The notes beneath the pieces are model-generated. The model saw only the letters and a program-made list of their open reading frames with translations. It searched no databases and had not been told where the DNA came from. Positions 1 through 11,896 of a stretch of 44,872 nt of DNA are shown piece by piece; the stretch's first letter is position 1; every line of letters begins with the position of its first letter. Source of the DNA: Phoronis australis (lineage: Eukaryota > Animalia > Phoronida). Position numbers and translations under genes: made by a program. The stretch spans positions 1 through 44,872 of the forward strand of contig NMRA01000709.1 in the NCBI GenBank assembly GCA_002633005.1, given 5' to 3'.

Positions 1-41
1 ACACTTTGATTTCAAAACCACAATTACAGCCTTTATCCACT

Positions 42-148
42 GTTGTGTGACATCACTGGAGTTGTGTGACATCACTGGAGTTGTGTGACATCACTGGAGT
101 TGTGTGACATCACTGGAGTTGTGTGACATCACTGGAGTTATGTGACAT
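42..148. repeat. 19-bp minisatellite (GTTGTGTGACATCACTGGA)x5.6
   Basis: Identical units start at 42, 61, 80, 99 and 118; a partial variant starts at 137. Lies upstream of the first visible USP48 exon, so probably intronic. Confidence 0.97.
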
Positions 149-224
149 GCCCAAGTGTCATCATACATGCTCTTAAAGCTGCTACTATTTGTCAAAGTTT
201 CATGTGTGGCCATTTTAATTTCAG

Positions 225-3200
225 GGTCCAAGTGCGAAGAAGAAGAAGAAATTAGATAATGACTCACTTAAAGTATCCGAGACATCGGTTCCATCTAGAC
301 GAAGTTCACGTCACAAACGAATTAGGGGTGAAAAAGAGGTCAAAGTCTCTTCCAAACAAACTCTCCGAGATTTCAAGCTACAGGTAATGACCTGAACACA
401 AGTCTTTAAAACAACATCTTTTGTCATGGAATGGCTGAAATCATGTTTTAGCATTATCTAGTTCTCAGGCATGAAAGCAGTCTATTCCCTAACCTGTGAA
501 CAGATTTGTTACGTTCGGAATGTAAGTGTTGGCACATATGCTGGCCAACTTAGTATGCCCAGTCCTGTAAAATACCTTGTGTGTCTGTTCTTACTAAGCT
601 CTCTCATCTCGTCTAATGTTGGTCGGAACAAGTTGAAGTGACCGTGAACATTTATGTGCTCTTCTGGATAATGATAATAGCTGACTAGAGATAACTTTTC
701 AAGCTTACAAAGTGTCCTGCTGAAGATTTTGGGCAGTGTTTTGTCCATATCATGAGGTTCTGTTTCACTGCCTGCTTCAGTGTGGTTCAAGACAAAATTT
801 GGTGTTTCGACAATCACAATCCCTGAAATTGGGAACCAGCATTTTGTGGTTATATCTGTCCAGTAGATTATTGCTTTCTGCCAGTTTCTCTTTGCTATAA
901 GCCTCTGGCACTTTGATGAGGCTTAATTGCTCTTAGACAATCGTGTAAATCATGACTCGAAATGAATTGTTGTTTATTTTCGAGTGCCCAAGATTATCAA
1001 TCTTTACTCGAGATTCGACACGAAAACCTACCAATGACGTGCCACCCTTCGAATAAACTTGGAAACTTTACACTGCTTGGTTGGTTTTCCTGGTTGGTTT
1101 TCCTGGTTGGATTGTCTCAGGACCTGTTGTACATAATTCTCTTTGTGCAGCTTATGAAAGAATTTGGATGTCCTCCAATGGACCAACACATCATGATAGA
1201 TAATGTGGAGTTGGATGGGGACAAGGAAACTCTGGGTAGTCTCAAAATCATGCCAGAAACAATCATCTATTTAAAGGTAAGTTCAAGGCTTGGAATTTTC
1301 CGCGGAAACGCTTATTTCCGCTTTTTTCAAATGTTCTGTCCTCGCATTTTATTGTATTTCCGCGTAAAAAAAAATCGGATTTGATATAAATTTTCCGCGG
1401 CAAATTGGCAACTTCCTTTCTTACCGCGGCGTTGCCGACGACGTTCACCTCGAAAAGCGGAAGTTGCTCTTTATGTTTCGGGGGAACGTAAATTGTCAAC
1501 ATTGCCAGGGCATCTGGGATAGCGTGGTGGGATTTTCAATGGCGTCTCGTGTGATTGTAAACCGCGGTGACAAATACTACGGCTCTGCTGCCAAACATGT
1601 GCGGGGGTGGGAGCGGACGGACGAGCTAAAAAGACGCAGACACATCCTAGTGATGGTGGTAACGTTTTTTTTTAGTCCTCCCGATTTTTGTCGGCGCAAG
1701 GTTCGTGTCGACTATTTCAAGGCTGGGTAGCGCGTATGTTTTGGGCCGTAAAAGTTTCCGCGTTTTTTGTCTTTGGTCATTCCAAGCCCTGTAAGTTACT
1801 CTTTGGGTGTTCACAGACTGATATGACAAGCGACCTCGTGTAACTTGTCATCACATAACTTGTTATAAGTCATAAATTTTTCTAGGTCTAGGTACACGAC
1901 CAGTCATTTACATTGTAAAAGTTTGTGATTAAGTTTTCGTTTTCCCTTAACTCAAAAGCAGAATCTCTGACATTCACATACAAATATTTTGCATAAGTCG
2001 TCAACAAAGTACTTAATATGCTGTCATGCACCTTATATTTTGCATAAGTCGTCAACAAAGTACTTAATATGCTGATCATGACACCTTGAGTGCATGTATC
2101 TGTAGCACTCATGGTAACAAGGAAAATTTTGTAAAAAAAAATGGCAGCTCAATTATTTTACATATAAACGCTCGTGCTTACTTGCATGGTTTGCAGTGTT
2201 GTTTTTTATTCAAAGTTTAATAATAGTCATGACAGTAACCCTTTACAGGGGAATTAGTTTTGAAATATAAATCATGCCGAAAATAACCTTTTATCAAATT
2301 ATTCATTCTGATCAGAAATGATGATGTGGAAATTTATGCACCCGGCTACCATTGCTATGATAGTACATGTATATTGCACTCAAGTTGTCAAAATTATGAC
2401 TTATAAATTAGGTGTAACTTGGATAAGTCATGGTTTTTTCAGTTAAGTGAGGTTGCTTGTATTTGCTGCAAACAAAAGAGACATTTGTAGATAACCATTT
2501 AAAATCAGCAAATTGATTGTTCTCTGCTGTGTTTACCTGTTGGTGAGATATCGCCTGACTTACTAAGTTTCATGAAAGTTGTGGAAATTGTGAAGGAAAA
2601 AATTGCAAGTCGCCTGATAACTGACTGAACGTTTCAGGTCCCAAGGTTTCCAATGCTAAAATGTCTATCAAATGTGTTTGATAACTTCTGTTAGTTATTT
2701 TGATGAGACAGAGGAAGCCATCATATTGACAGACTCCTACTGGTATCTTGTGTTTTACATTATCTCTGCTTGACAGAGATAAAACTATCAATGTTTATCT
2801 GCTGTGTGTATTCTCAGTTTAATACTAACAGTTTATGCTTATCATACGTACACACTGTTCACCCTTTAGGTTGATGAGCCGGCGACTGAGGGTATACTTC
2901 TTGAGGATGTAGCTCAAGGTAGGTGTCTTGTGTAAGCAAGGGGGCGTTNNNNNGGGGGCGTTGACCACACACTCCTCTATGGCAAAAGTTTCAAGCAACA
3001 AATTTGAACAGAGTTGATGTTCTGTGTACTGAAGTGCACGTTCAACAAATTGGAGGACATTTAAAGTGGAAATTGCAGGCTAATTACTTATCTCTGTGAT
3101 TGCTTGGCCAAATTAGTAGGAAACACAACATACAACGATTATGTGAATATGAAGTAGCTTGAAAATTGCCAAACGTTTTTAAAAATAAGTTTTGTGGTGA

Positions 3201-4088
3201 AAATAATTCTTCACAAATCATTGAAACGTGTCCAGTAAGTATGGTGAGGTGATGCTGGGTAATAGCGCTGCATGATGCAGGCTGCGTGAGCCCACTAAGT
3301 GTGTTATTAGTACAAACATCACCTATTTTCAGACTTTTGTTTTCACATTACACATGGTCAATGAATATGCTGCACTTAGTTTTGCATAGATTATGTTAAA
3401 ATAGGAGCATTGTCGTTTAGTTCCTGCTATAGTTAGGAGCATGCAACTACATTTCTTTAAAGTGTCTGATGGGCGAGACAATCGGAGCAGAGGCTTTCAA
3501 ATCGCACAAGCTTGAACCATTTTAATGCCTTTAATGTAAATTAAAGACGAAACCTCGTAACAAAGACCTCCAGCTCAACCAACTGCCACTGCTATGCAAA
3601 ACCTCAAAAGTCTACTATTCTCGTAATGCAAGTTAAAATTGTCTGTTGACCACGTTGGGTTATTAGGCTTATACCATTCATTGACCCAATGGTACATGAT
3701 CCTTTTTACTTGAACTTTATCTCTGACTCTTTTGTGATTTGCTTTCTGATGGTCGTTGTTTCCTGTCTGGTTTTGCCTGCTGTACTCGCTGCTTCCATAC
3801 ACTGCTTCCAAAACTGTGTTTTTATACTTCAACAAAAATTTTGAAAGCTATCGAACAATTTTCAACAACTAGGATTTGCTTGTGGTTTTCTTCCATAACT
3901 GCAGCTGTACTGGACTACAGTACTTCAATAAATTTTGTCAATATACTTGAATACTACCTGAGTGTAGAAAGGATCAGTTTTATTTGCTGAATAATGAGAT
4001 TACATTTTTGACATTTTATTTTCCAGCCAGTTGTCCTGAGGAAGGCTTCAAAGGTACGGGACTGCTGGGTACCATGGCTAGACTGTGA
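225..4088 (+). CDS. USP48: Ubiquitin carboxyl-terminal hydrolase 48, last four coding exons (C-terminal ubiquitin-like domain); 5' part outside window
   Basis: Exons 225-383, 1151-1276, 2870-2918 and 4027-4088 have GT-AG junctions with compatible phases. Translation: ...RRSSRHKRIRGEKEVKVSSKQTLRDFKLQ|LMKEFGCPPMDQHIMIDNVELDGDKETLGSLKIMPETIIYLK|VDEPATEGILLEDVAQ|ASCPEEGFKGTGLLGTMARL*. This matches the recalled USP48 C-terminus (RRS.RHR..RGEK...QTL...DEP...PEEGFKGTGL). Confidence 0.95.
1284..1791. mobile_element. Non-autonomous DNA transposon (MITE, hAT-like CAGGG terminus), 508 bp
   Basis: Terminal inverted repeats CAAGGCTTGGAAT (1284-1296) and ATTCCAAGCCCTG (1779-1791) with 1 mismatch. Flanking direct repeat TAAGTT at 1278-1283 and 1792-1797. 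The interior is CpG-rich, unlike the surrounding intron. Confidence 0.8.
1984..2074. repeat. Short tandem duplication, 51-bp period
   Basis: ATATTTTGCATAAGTCGTCAACAAAGTACTTAATATGCTG occurs twice. Confidence 0.9.
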
Positions 4089-6083
4089 CTTAAGAAAGGC
4101 CTGACAATTATGCTGCTTCGGTTTTACGATACGAGATTTGTTGGTGAACAGTTGTCGTTCATCGACTGATTGACAGACCAATGTGACCAGTTTCTTGCAC
4201 TGTCTTCTTAACAGGTTTTATCTCTCTCTGCAGGCTGAAGTTTAGATTAGTTTGAATTGTGGGTTTCAAACGATTTACGTACTTTAACCTTGGTCAGTAT
4301 GTGTTTATTATTGACTATGTTGTGCATACTTGAATTAGTATGTGAATGAGAACAGCTGGTAATGAGTTTATGCGTTTGTTTGTGTGTATGTGTGTGTGTC
4401 TTTGCTTATTGTTTGAAAGTATGTGTTGAATTTTTTGATGAAGGTTTGGATTTGTTAATCTTTCAAAAGACTAAAGTGTATTGTCTAAGCAATTTTTTCT
4501 GTAGTGTATATTTTTGTAGCAGGTACTTTTAAACTAGTTGTGTGTTTTTCCAGCAGATTGCACACTGGTGAAGCTCTGAGGGTTAATGAATTGTTCAGGA
4601 GTTATGTTCTATTTATTATTCAGTGACTGTTATGCCTCATATACTGTTACATGCTTTGTCATACCAAGGCAATTAATCTTGGCGGGATCTCAAAAACAGG
4701 GAAAATCCAAGTCGACCAACTTGTACAATTTAGGTAAGAATCCTGTCATCTGTGTGACCTGCAAGGCCTATTTTTGGCCAGCGTTGCCAGTTTCCAGCTG
4801 TCGCCAGCCAGTTTCATCTTGGTGGTAGAAGTGGGCTCAGATGTTCAGAGAATGAGTCCTGCGGGACTTGGTGTTATAGATAAACACAGCTTGTGATCTT
4901 TAATGTTATTTATTCAGTGCTGCAGTAAAGTGCTATCAGTACATATATTTGGTTGGTACATTGTCTGTTTTGTGTTTTCTTTTGTTTTTGCAAATTTATG
5001 AATTGAACTGTGTCATTGTGACTTTCTCGTCCATACTGACTGGTTGTTAAATTATTGTTGTGTATAATACGGTTGTGTTATGTGACCTGTGGCATGAAAC
5101 AGTCCCAAATAGGGACTCAGTTAAGTTCCCTCAGTCTACTTAGTATTTGTGGATTAAAATTTTGTGAAAACACCGATTGTACTTTCTTATAATGTTTTAA
5201 TTTCCTTACTAAGACACTTTTTGGCTTTGATACGAATCGAGAGTGAACTCTTCCTTAAATTCTCAATATTATTGGAAACAAGTAGGGATATTTCCATGCA
5301 ACATCCTCAATTTAAGTTTTTAGTACCTGTTTATTTTCATTGAATTAAGGGCTCGGTTTTTACATTATTAGAAAATATTATTAGTTGAAGAGGACATAAT
5401 ATTAAAGATAAAATGATAATATTACATTTGTGAGTAAAGACAAATAATTATGCAAATGGTTTAGGGACTGTTTCAATGCAACTGGGCAAAGATGTCTTGC
5501 TTGCATTCAAATTGCTGTAACAAGGAAGTGTTTCACAAACTCTGCTTTGGTTGAAGATGAAATGACAGTAGATGACTTGATGACTTGAGGGCGTGAATCG
5601 AGTTAGACCAATATTTGGGAAATGTCTTAGTTTTGACTCAGGAACCAATGTATTGTTTAAGCATTTTATCAACACAAGCAGCACTCAAATGCTTATTTTG
5701 TTTACTTGCTTAATTTTCCATAGGCATACCTTTCACTCAAGTTGCTGTAATATCTAACTAAGTGTTTAATGTCAACCGCAGAACACTTTTTATCAAGTCA
5801 TTAAATGTGAAGCGTGACCATTTGATTTTAAACTTTGTATAATTACTTGTTTCTGGTTTTCCAAACCCAAAAGGAATTATTTTACAATTTAGTCTTGTCA
5901 ACCATTACCCTATATAGAGACATTTATAGCAAACTAAATATAAAAATAAAATGGTGAATCAATAATTTTCATTTTTGGTTCCTGGTTTTGAACTGACAAT
6001 CCTATACAGACTTGAACAATACTGAAACCAAGAAATTCATGCAATTTAGTCTGTTATTGCAGTCGAGGCCTCTTTAATGTTTG

Positions 6084-9000
6084 TCATACTGTAAATACTT
6101 CCGGTTTTGCATAGAGCAAATTGAAAACATGACAAAGATGAGTGGGTTGTGAAAATGTCACTTTGTGTGTTTTTAGTTCTATGTGAAGAATTATATCTGC
6201 TTGTGAGTCGGCGATTCGAAGAACATGATAAAGTATTCCCGTTGACTGGTCTATTCCATTCAGAACTGTGCCACCGTAATAGTTTTCAAATATTCCTGCT
6301 TGCGTCGCTTGCACCAAAGGTGTTATTTCTCCGTTTTGGGGATTGACTTCGACTAAATACCAAGCAGGATACTTGTTGCCATATTTCCCAGGAGACATTG
6401 TAAGAAGTTGTCCTGAAAGTAGAAATTCAAAATTGTAACAAGCGTAGTGTGTAAACTACGAAGTTAATAATAAAAACATTTTTGTTTTTAAATAGATTGT
6501 TTTTATTATGTAGCTTTCAAAGAGCTATAAACCTACATATTACGTACTTCAAAGAAGCGAAATTTTCATTTAGATCACTCACTGCTATATAAATGAGACA
6601 ACCCTACGCTAACATTTGGGGTTTTGTTACCCCAACGTCTAAGCGAGCTTAAGCCGGGACAGTCAGACTCGCCCGTCACAATTCATTCATAAATTAATGC
6701 TTTTGGCTTAGCCGCGATGCTGAAGAAAACCATTTCGCTCATTTCTCTAATAATGCAAAGACGGCTATTGTTTACTTTTCAATTTTAAAAACAGTCATTT
6801 GGTCGTTGTCATTACTTATTGTTCATTTTTGGCTTTAAAACTGTACGTAAATGTGTTGGTTTACGACCGTAATTATCTCGTCCAACACGTTCACCCAAGC
6901 CCACGATTAGCTCACTTCAATTAAATTGTGAGGGCTTTTGACGTGCCGAGGAATTCAATGGATAATCTGTGGTTAACAGCGCACGCTTTCTCGTCCTGGT
7001 GCAAGTCCTGTTAGTGCAAGATTTGAGTAAAAGGTCTCAACATGTTCCCCATTCATCCGAGAAGTGATTTGTGGGTTTTAGTTGCAAAGCACTATTGGTC
7101 GATTTTTCCTGGAGACCATGCTCGGCGACTAAGTAAAATCACCCGCCGTGGTCGACACGTCTATAAGCCTAATCTTGAGTATTAACAAGCTGAGAGTTCT
7201 ACGAAGACCTGAAACTACCCCTAGTTTGCCCAAGGGACAATATGAGACTAACTTCTTAACGATAAAAAGTGGCCACAATCATTTTTTGTGATGAGAGGCT
7301 TGTGCCAGCGTTTTTTATTTAAACTACGCACTATAACAAAATCACTGTCATCTTTTGCCTAGTAACTCCGATTTAGAAACGAGTTCTGGACTTGAGAAGA
7401 ACTGCCAGGTTAAAATGGTTTCGTACAGTGACAGTGAGCTACTGTCCTGTCGGTGAGGTACTTTCCTGACAGTGAGATACCTTCCTTACAGTGCGGTACT
7501 GTCCTGACAGTGAGGTACTGCACTGACAGTCAGGTACTGGTCTGACAGTCAGGTACTGGTCTGATAGTGAGGTGCTGGTCTGACTTTTAGGTACTGTCCT
7601 GACAGTGAGGTACTGGCCTGACAGTGACCGTCAGGTTCTGGCCTGACAGCGACAGTCGGGTAATGGCCTGACAGTGACAGTCAGATACTGGCCTGACAGT
7701 CAGATCGTCTTAGCGCAGTCGCCGCTGCAGTATGGCCGACACTGGCCATTCCAGTTATAGTATTGTTGTATCCAATTTGTGTGACTGATGTACGTTAACT
7801 CACCTGTCTTTTTATAAACTAAAATTGAGGACACCGAGAATTTTGACTGGTCGAGCTGTACGTATCGGGATGCCCTACAAAACGTAATTGTCAATGGAAA
7901 ATTATTCTGTACGACTGAATGTAGAGGCACTTCTATCTCTAGTTAAGATTTTATCATCTCTAATTGAATGTTCCGCCTTGAGTGTCCCACATTTATTGCA
8001 TGGCATTATTTGCAACCTGAAACGCTTTCGGTTACACGCACAAGTTGTTCAAAATTCTAAGTCCAATTGCGACAGCAATTCACGGCTCTGGCTGACAGTG
8101 TCACGTTGATGGAACTGTTTAATTGGTACACAGCATACTAGCTAGTGCTTCCAGCCCTCGTGCCAATCTGGCTGGATCACGGCAGCTGAACAAATGTTTT
8201 CCTTCACCGTTTTAGGACTCTTTCAAAGTGCCATTTGGCCACTTTCTTACTTCTCATGCAAACGACTGGATTGTGTGGCGGAGATACGAAAAAAAAAACA
8301 AGTTACAACATTGCCTAATGTTTCTCGAATTCAGGATTATATTAATTAGGTATGGATGTTGACTTGATGTACAGTGATGATGTGAAAGCCAGGTCTCTCG
8401 TGAGTTGACACTTCATTTCTTACCCTGACGGGAGATCAGTGGTGTACAGCCTGGTGTCGGAATGTTGCAAATCATCATCATGTGCCATCAACGCATACAT
8501 AGACCCGTTTTTCGTGTAGTAATTTGTAGCTGACCAAAGGAAGCTTACGTAAGGAGGACTTAGATTTACAGAAGCTGACGTAAGGACCTCACCGTCGAAC
8601 ATCATCCACGTGTACAGCAGAGTAGTGGATGAACCTGTCGAAAATTACAAGCCAGCAATAAGTTTCGACTCCAAATGCACTTTTGTTCTAAATAACAGTA
8701 AATGTGAAATTGCAGGGAACTTGAAGTTGTGAATGTCTTCTTTCTTTTCAGTATTAAAATCTCACGTAAGAATATGCTTGCATTGTAACAACGTTTGTCA
8801 CGATTTAAAAATTTGATGTTTTCTATTTTTCTTTGGTTATGTATTAGAAGCATGAGCTGGTCAAAATAATTGCGCATTTAAAGAAGTAACTACATCCAAA
8901 ATATGTGTAGATGCGAAAATACTACATTAGCGATCATTGAGCAACTATTCTTTGACTAGAGATTTTTAAGCAGCCCATTTCCTGCTTGTTCTCACTATTT

Positions 9001-11831
9001 TCCTCCCTACGGTAGGTGGATTAGAGAAAGCTCCAATTTACGACGTGGCATTTTTGGAGCCATTTGCTGCGCCAGTACCTGTTACATTTATCTGTGTCAT
9101 GACGTAGTTGGAGTTTCCGATACGATCCAGGAACATTGTACGCGCGCTTTTATAGAACAACATAGGACCATACGTAACCAAACTTCCATTAAACGTTCCG
9201 ATCATGTATCTGTTGTGTGATGTTTCTTCCAACGACTGAGAATGTTCATGCGTAATGAAAATCGTAATATTCCTGTCTTTATCATGCATCGCTACTGGAA
9301 CCAACACAAACGACGGAATCTTCGGCTGTGAACAACACTCATTCTGAGTCGATAGAGTTGCAGTGTGTGAGAACACTGCTCCATTAGGAACTCCGAATGG
9401 AAGAGTGGAAAGTTTGCTGACGGTCCCAGAATGTAAATCTACGGAGACGTAGTCAGACTGCGATGATTTCAAAGGGTTAAATGACAGTCCATACAGTTTT
9501 CCAACTGGGAACCCATGCTCTTTAGACTTCTTAAAGTGGTTGTACACCTGGAACTTGAGGTAGTCATGCGCGCGCGCCTTTTCCTCGTTTCTGTGTTTCT
9601 CGTTGGGAAGTCTTTCAAACGGTAACAACGTTGGTGTCTTGTTAATTCGAATATCCGCGCACTGGTAAAATATGTTTCCTGGTCCTGGTTTGTGAGTGTG
9701 ATACGTAAGCTGCACAATGCAATGTGAGCAGTCTGTATCGGGCAAATCCTAGGAATAATAATGTAGTTAGGGTAATGAGAATATCATACAATTTGAATTA
9801 TTCGCTTGAGTGATACACAATGTATTGTCTTGTAGCTTTACTTTACCAAAACATGCACGACCATAGTACTGAAAAGTTTGTAAAAGTAAAAAAAATAAGT
9901 AAAACATTTTCTTTTATTGTTTTTCAAATGGTAGTGTCCGTGACAAATCACTGGCTAAAAACCCAGGTGAACAAGAACAGATGAAACTTCACATGGAAGT
10001 CCCCGCCCCTCGATGGCAACCTTGCCTGTGTTCAACGCGCATCGTTTGGTGATGCAAAGGTTTACACTAGTAGTTGTCGAAAGATTGTTAAGGAAAAGTT
10101 GTTGAACAATTAGCAAGTGAGTTACATGGCAAAGAATCTGTGATGTCATTACATTCTTATTCAAATATCTTTAAAAACGAACCCATAAAATTTCGAATTC
10201 ATTAAAAGAAAAGAATTTTCGATGCAAACTAAGTGTTCGTTAATCAAACTGGAGGAAATATCAGGGCTTCGATTGTCATTTCTTAAGAGCAGGCTCTACT
10301 AGTTGTTTTGTCAAGTGATGTTACTTTGAACGGCGAGCATGGTCTTGGGAATAATAAACTGTCAGTTATTTGCCGCAAATCCAGAAATTACTTCTCATCT
10401 GAGTAAGGAACATCGATCGATGGCAGTTTTCGTAACGCTAATTGGTTGGCTTCATGCACTCGAACAGTGTTTATGTACAGCGGCCTTAAGTCGGCTGAAT
10501 TTTGAAAAACAGTAGATTGATGTGGGATTTATTAAAAACTTTATAGGTTCATTTTTGTGTCGAACATGTGTAATACTCAACCACAAGTATTGTGTAGTTT
10601 TTAGCGTTGTCTCGACGAAAGAAGTTCTCGTCCAAAATCGTAGCTAGGGTAGTCCAGTTACTCATTCGAACTGAAGTTGCGAGTGCGACTACCATGTAAC
10701 CTGTGGAATAAAACTAATATCATCGGTCTCTAGGTCACAGGGTCGACTGCTCTTAATAGCGAGTCTTACTATTTCACACTCGCACTACACTAAACAGAAA
10801 ACGAACACTAGCTCTTGATTTATTCTCATAATCAACAAATTTTGCTTTCTAGAACTACCATTGAACCAAGTATTCGCCAATAATTGGAAAAAATGTTTTG
10901 AACCATTACTTTATGCCTTAGTGTCCTATGGCTGATTATGCGACAACAGGCATGTGACGTGTAACTATTACAGTGCCAGTGTGTATTGAGATTATTGCCA
11001 ATAAAGGTCATCTCATGATGGCTGCAGCCGAGCTTGAGAGCTTAATTCATGATTTTTCCTTGCCCATTCACTGACGGAATATGTTAAGGGTTGCAAATTT
11101 AAAAGAGATGTTGTACGAATTTGTAAATCCTAGTGGTTTGAAGTTGCCCATACTAAACCTAACTACATTGAGAATTAACATTCTGTCATTTACCTGGAAA
11201 GCCAGAGTTGTAGTAGTTCAAATTTTGCTGGAACTTAATGAATGCCTGTCGTCCTCCAATGTAGGTCACATGAGGTGATTCTATCGGTTCTCCCCCACAT
11301 GGCGGGTCATTGCGGGCACAACTGGCACTTCCTGGCTAATGGATCAAATGCTTTACATCAAATCACTTCTAAACTCGTTTCAAAATTCTATATATCACAC
11401 ATGTGACATTCAGTTGCACAACCATGACTATACTACACACGGCTGAGCTATTGGTATAGTTCATGCCTGGCAAATTCAAAATAAAATGCACTGAAAATCC
11501 AAATGTCATGTAGCGGTATTTTTAATGTGTCCCGAAGAGACCGACATGCAGGTCGACTTACGCGCGGCACCCGGCGCTGGGCCAACCTGAACCGGCCGCT
11601 CTGGTCGGCCGAACTCAGTGGTATCACTGAGTACATTGTATACTCGCCGGGTGTTCTCGTTGCTATGTCGTTGTAATTTCAGTTTGTTTTTTGTTCAAAA
11701 TTAATAGGTAAATAACCAACCTTTGAAATATCTAGAATGCCCCTTTGAGGAGGAATCACGAGACAAACATGAGAAACACTTGACCGCATTTGTGCGTGAA
11801 GAAGAGACAAGAGAATCAATTCAATCCGCAT
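6084..11831 (-). CDS. Secreted 550-aa protein: signal peptide + N-terminal-His LPMO-like/copper-binding-like domain + beta-rich (probable beta-propeller) C-terminal domain
   Basis: Exons 11831-11721, 11335-11194, 10700-10582, 9748-9079, 8634-8424, 7874-7804 and 6412-6084 are all GT-AG with consistent phases; 1653 nt = 550 aa + stop. The N-terminus reads MRIELILLSLLHAQMRSSVS/HVCLVIPPQRGILDISKPGSASCARNDPPCGG...FQQNLNYY...DLPDTDCSHCIVQLTYHTHKPGPGNIFYQCADIRI. Many N-glycosylation sequons are present (NWT, NYT, NKT, NIT, NGS, NVT, NLS). The gene model is solid; the domain assignment is by motif recall. Confidence 0.85.
6596..7025 (+). repeat. Old dispersed repeat, copy A (homologous to 14294-14764 on the opposite strand)
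   Basis: Collinear shared blocks: CCTACGCTAACATTTGGGGTTTT, AATTAATGCT.TTGGCTTAG, TGAAGAAAACC, TTTACTTTTCAATTTTA, TGTTGGTTTACGACCG, GTGCCGAGGA, TCCTGTTAG. Confidence 0.85.
7426..7704. repeat. Degenerate 19-bp minisatellite (consensus GACAGTGAGGTACTG[G/T]CCT), about 14 units
   Basis: Repeating CTGACAGT[G/C]AGGTACTG units in the last intron of the minus-strand gene. Confidence 0.93.
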
Positions 11832-11896
11832 TGCTTCCGTGTTTGTATGGTCACAAAATCACGTGCAGTATCACGTGACAACAACAGATAAACAAT
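11832..11896. promoter_or_regulatory. Candidate bidirectional promoter with two E-boxes
   Basis: Only 65 nt separate the two divergent ATGs. CACGTG lies at 11860-11865 and TCACGTGAC (CLEAR/USF-type) at 11871-11879. Confidence 0.7.

Noticed and set aside
42-148. Regular short repeats resembling a CRISPR array (also 7426-7704 and 39140-39355)
   Set aside because: Head-to-tail units with no unique spacers, eukaryotic intronic context and no cas genes.
509-817. 102-aa minus-strand ORF and most other short ORFs in the track
   Set aside because: Intronic, antisense to real exons or repeat-derived, with no recognisable motifs or supporting splice structure.
2941-2962. GGGGCGTT repeated around NNNNN
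   Set aside because: Assembly gap with overlapping contig ends, not biology.
7700-7803. Cys-containing read-through tail (..QCRPYCSGDCAKTI*) after exon 6 of the secreted protein
   Set aside because: A strong CAG|GTGAG donor at 7804 joins in phase to the last exon; nothing supports intron retention.
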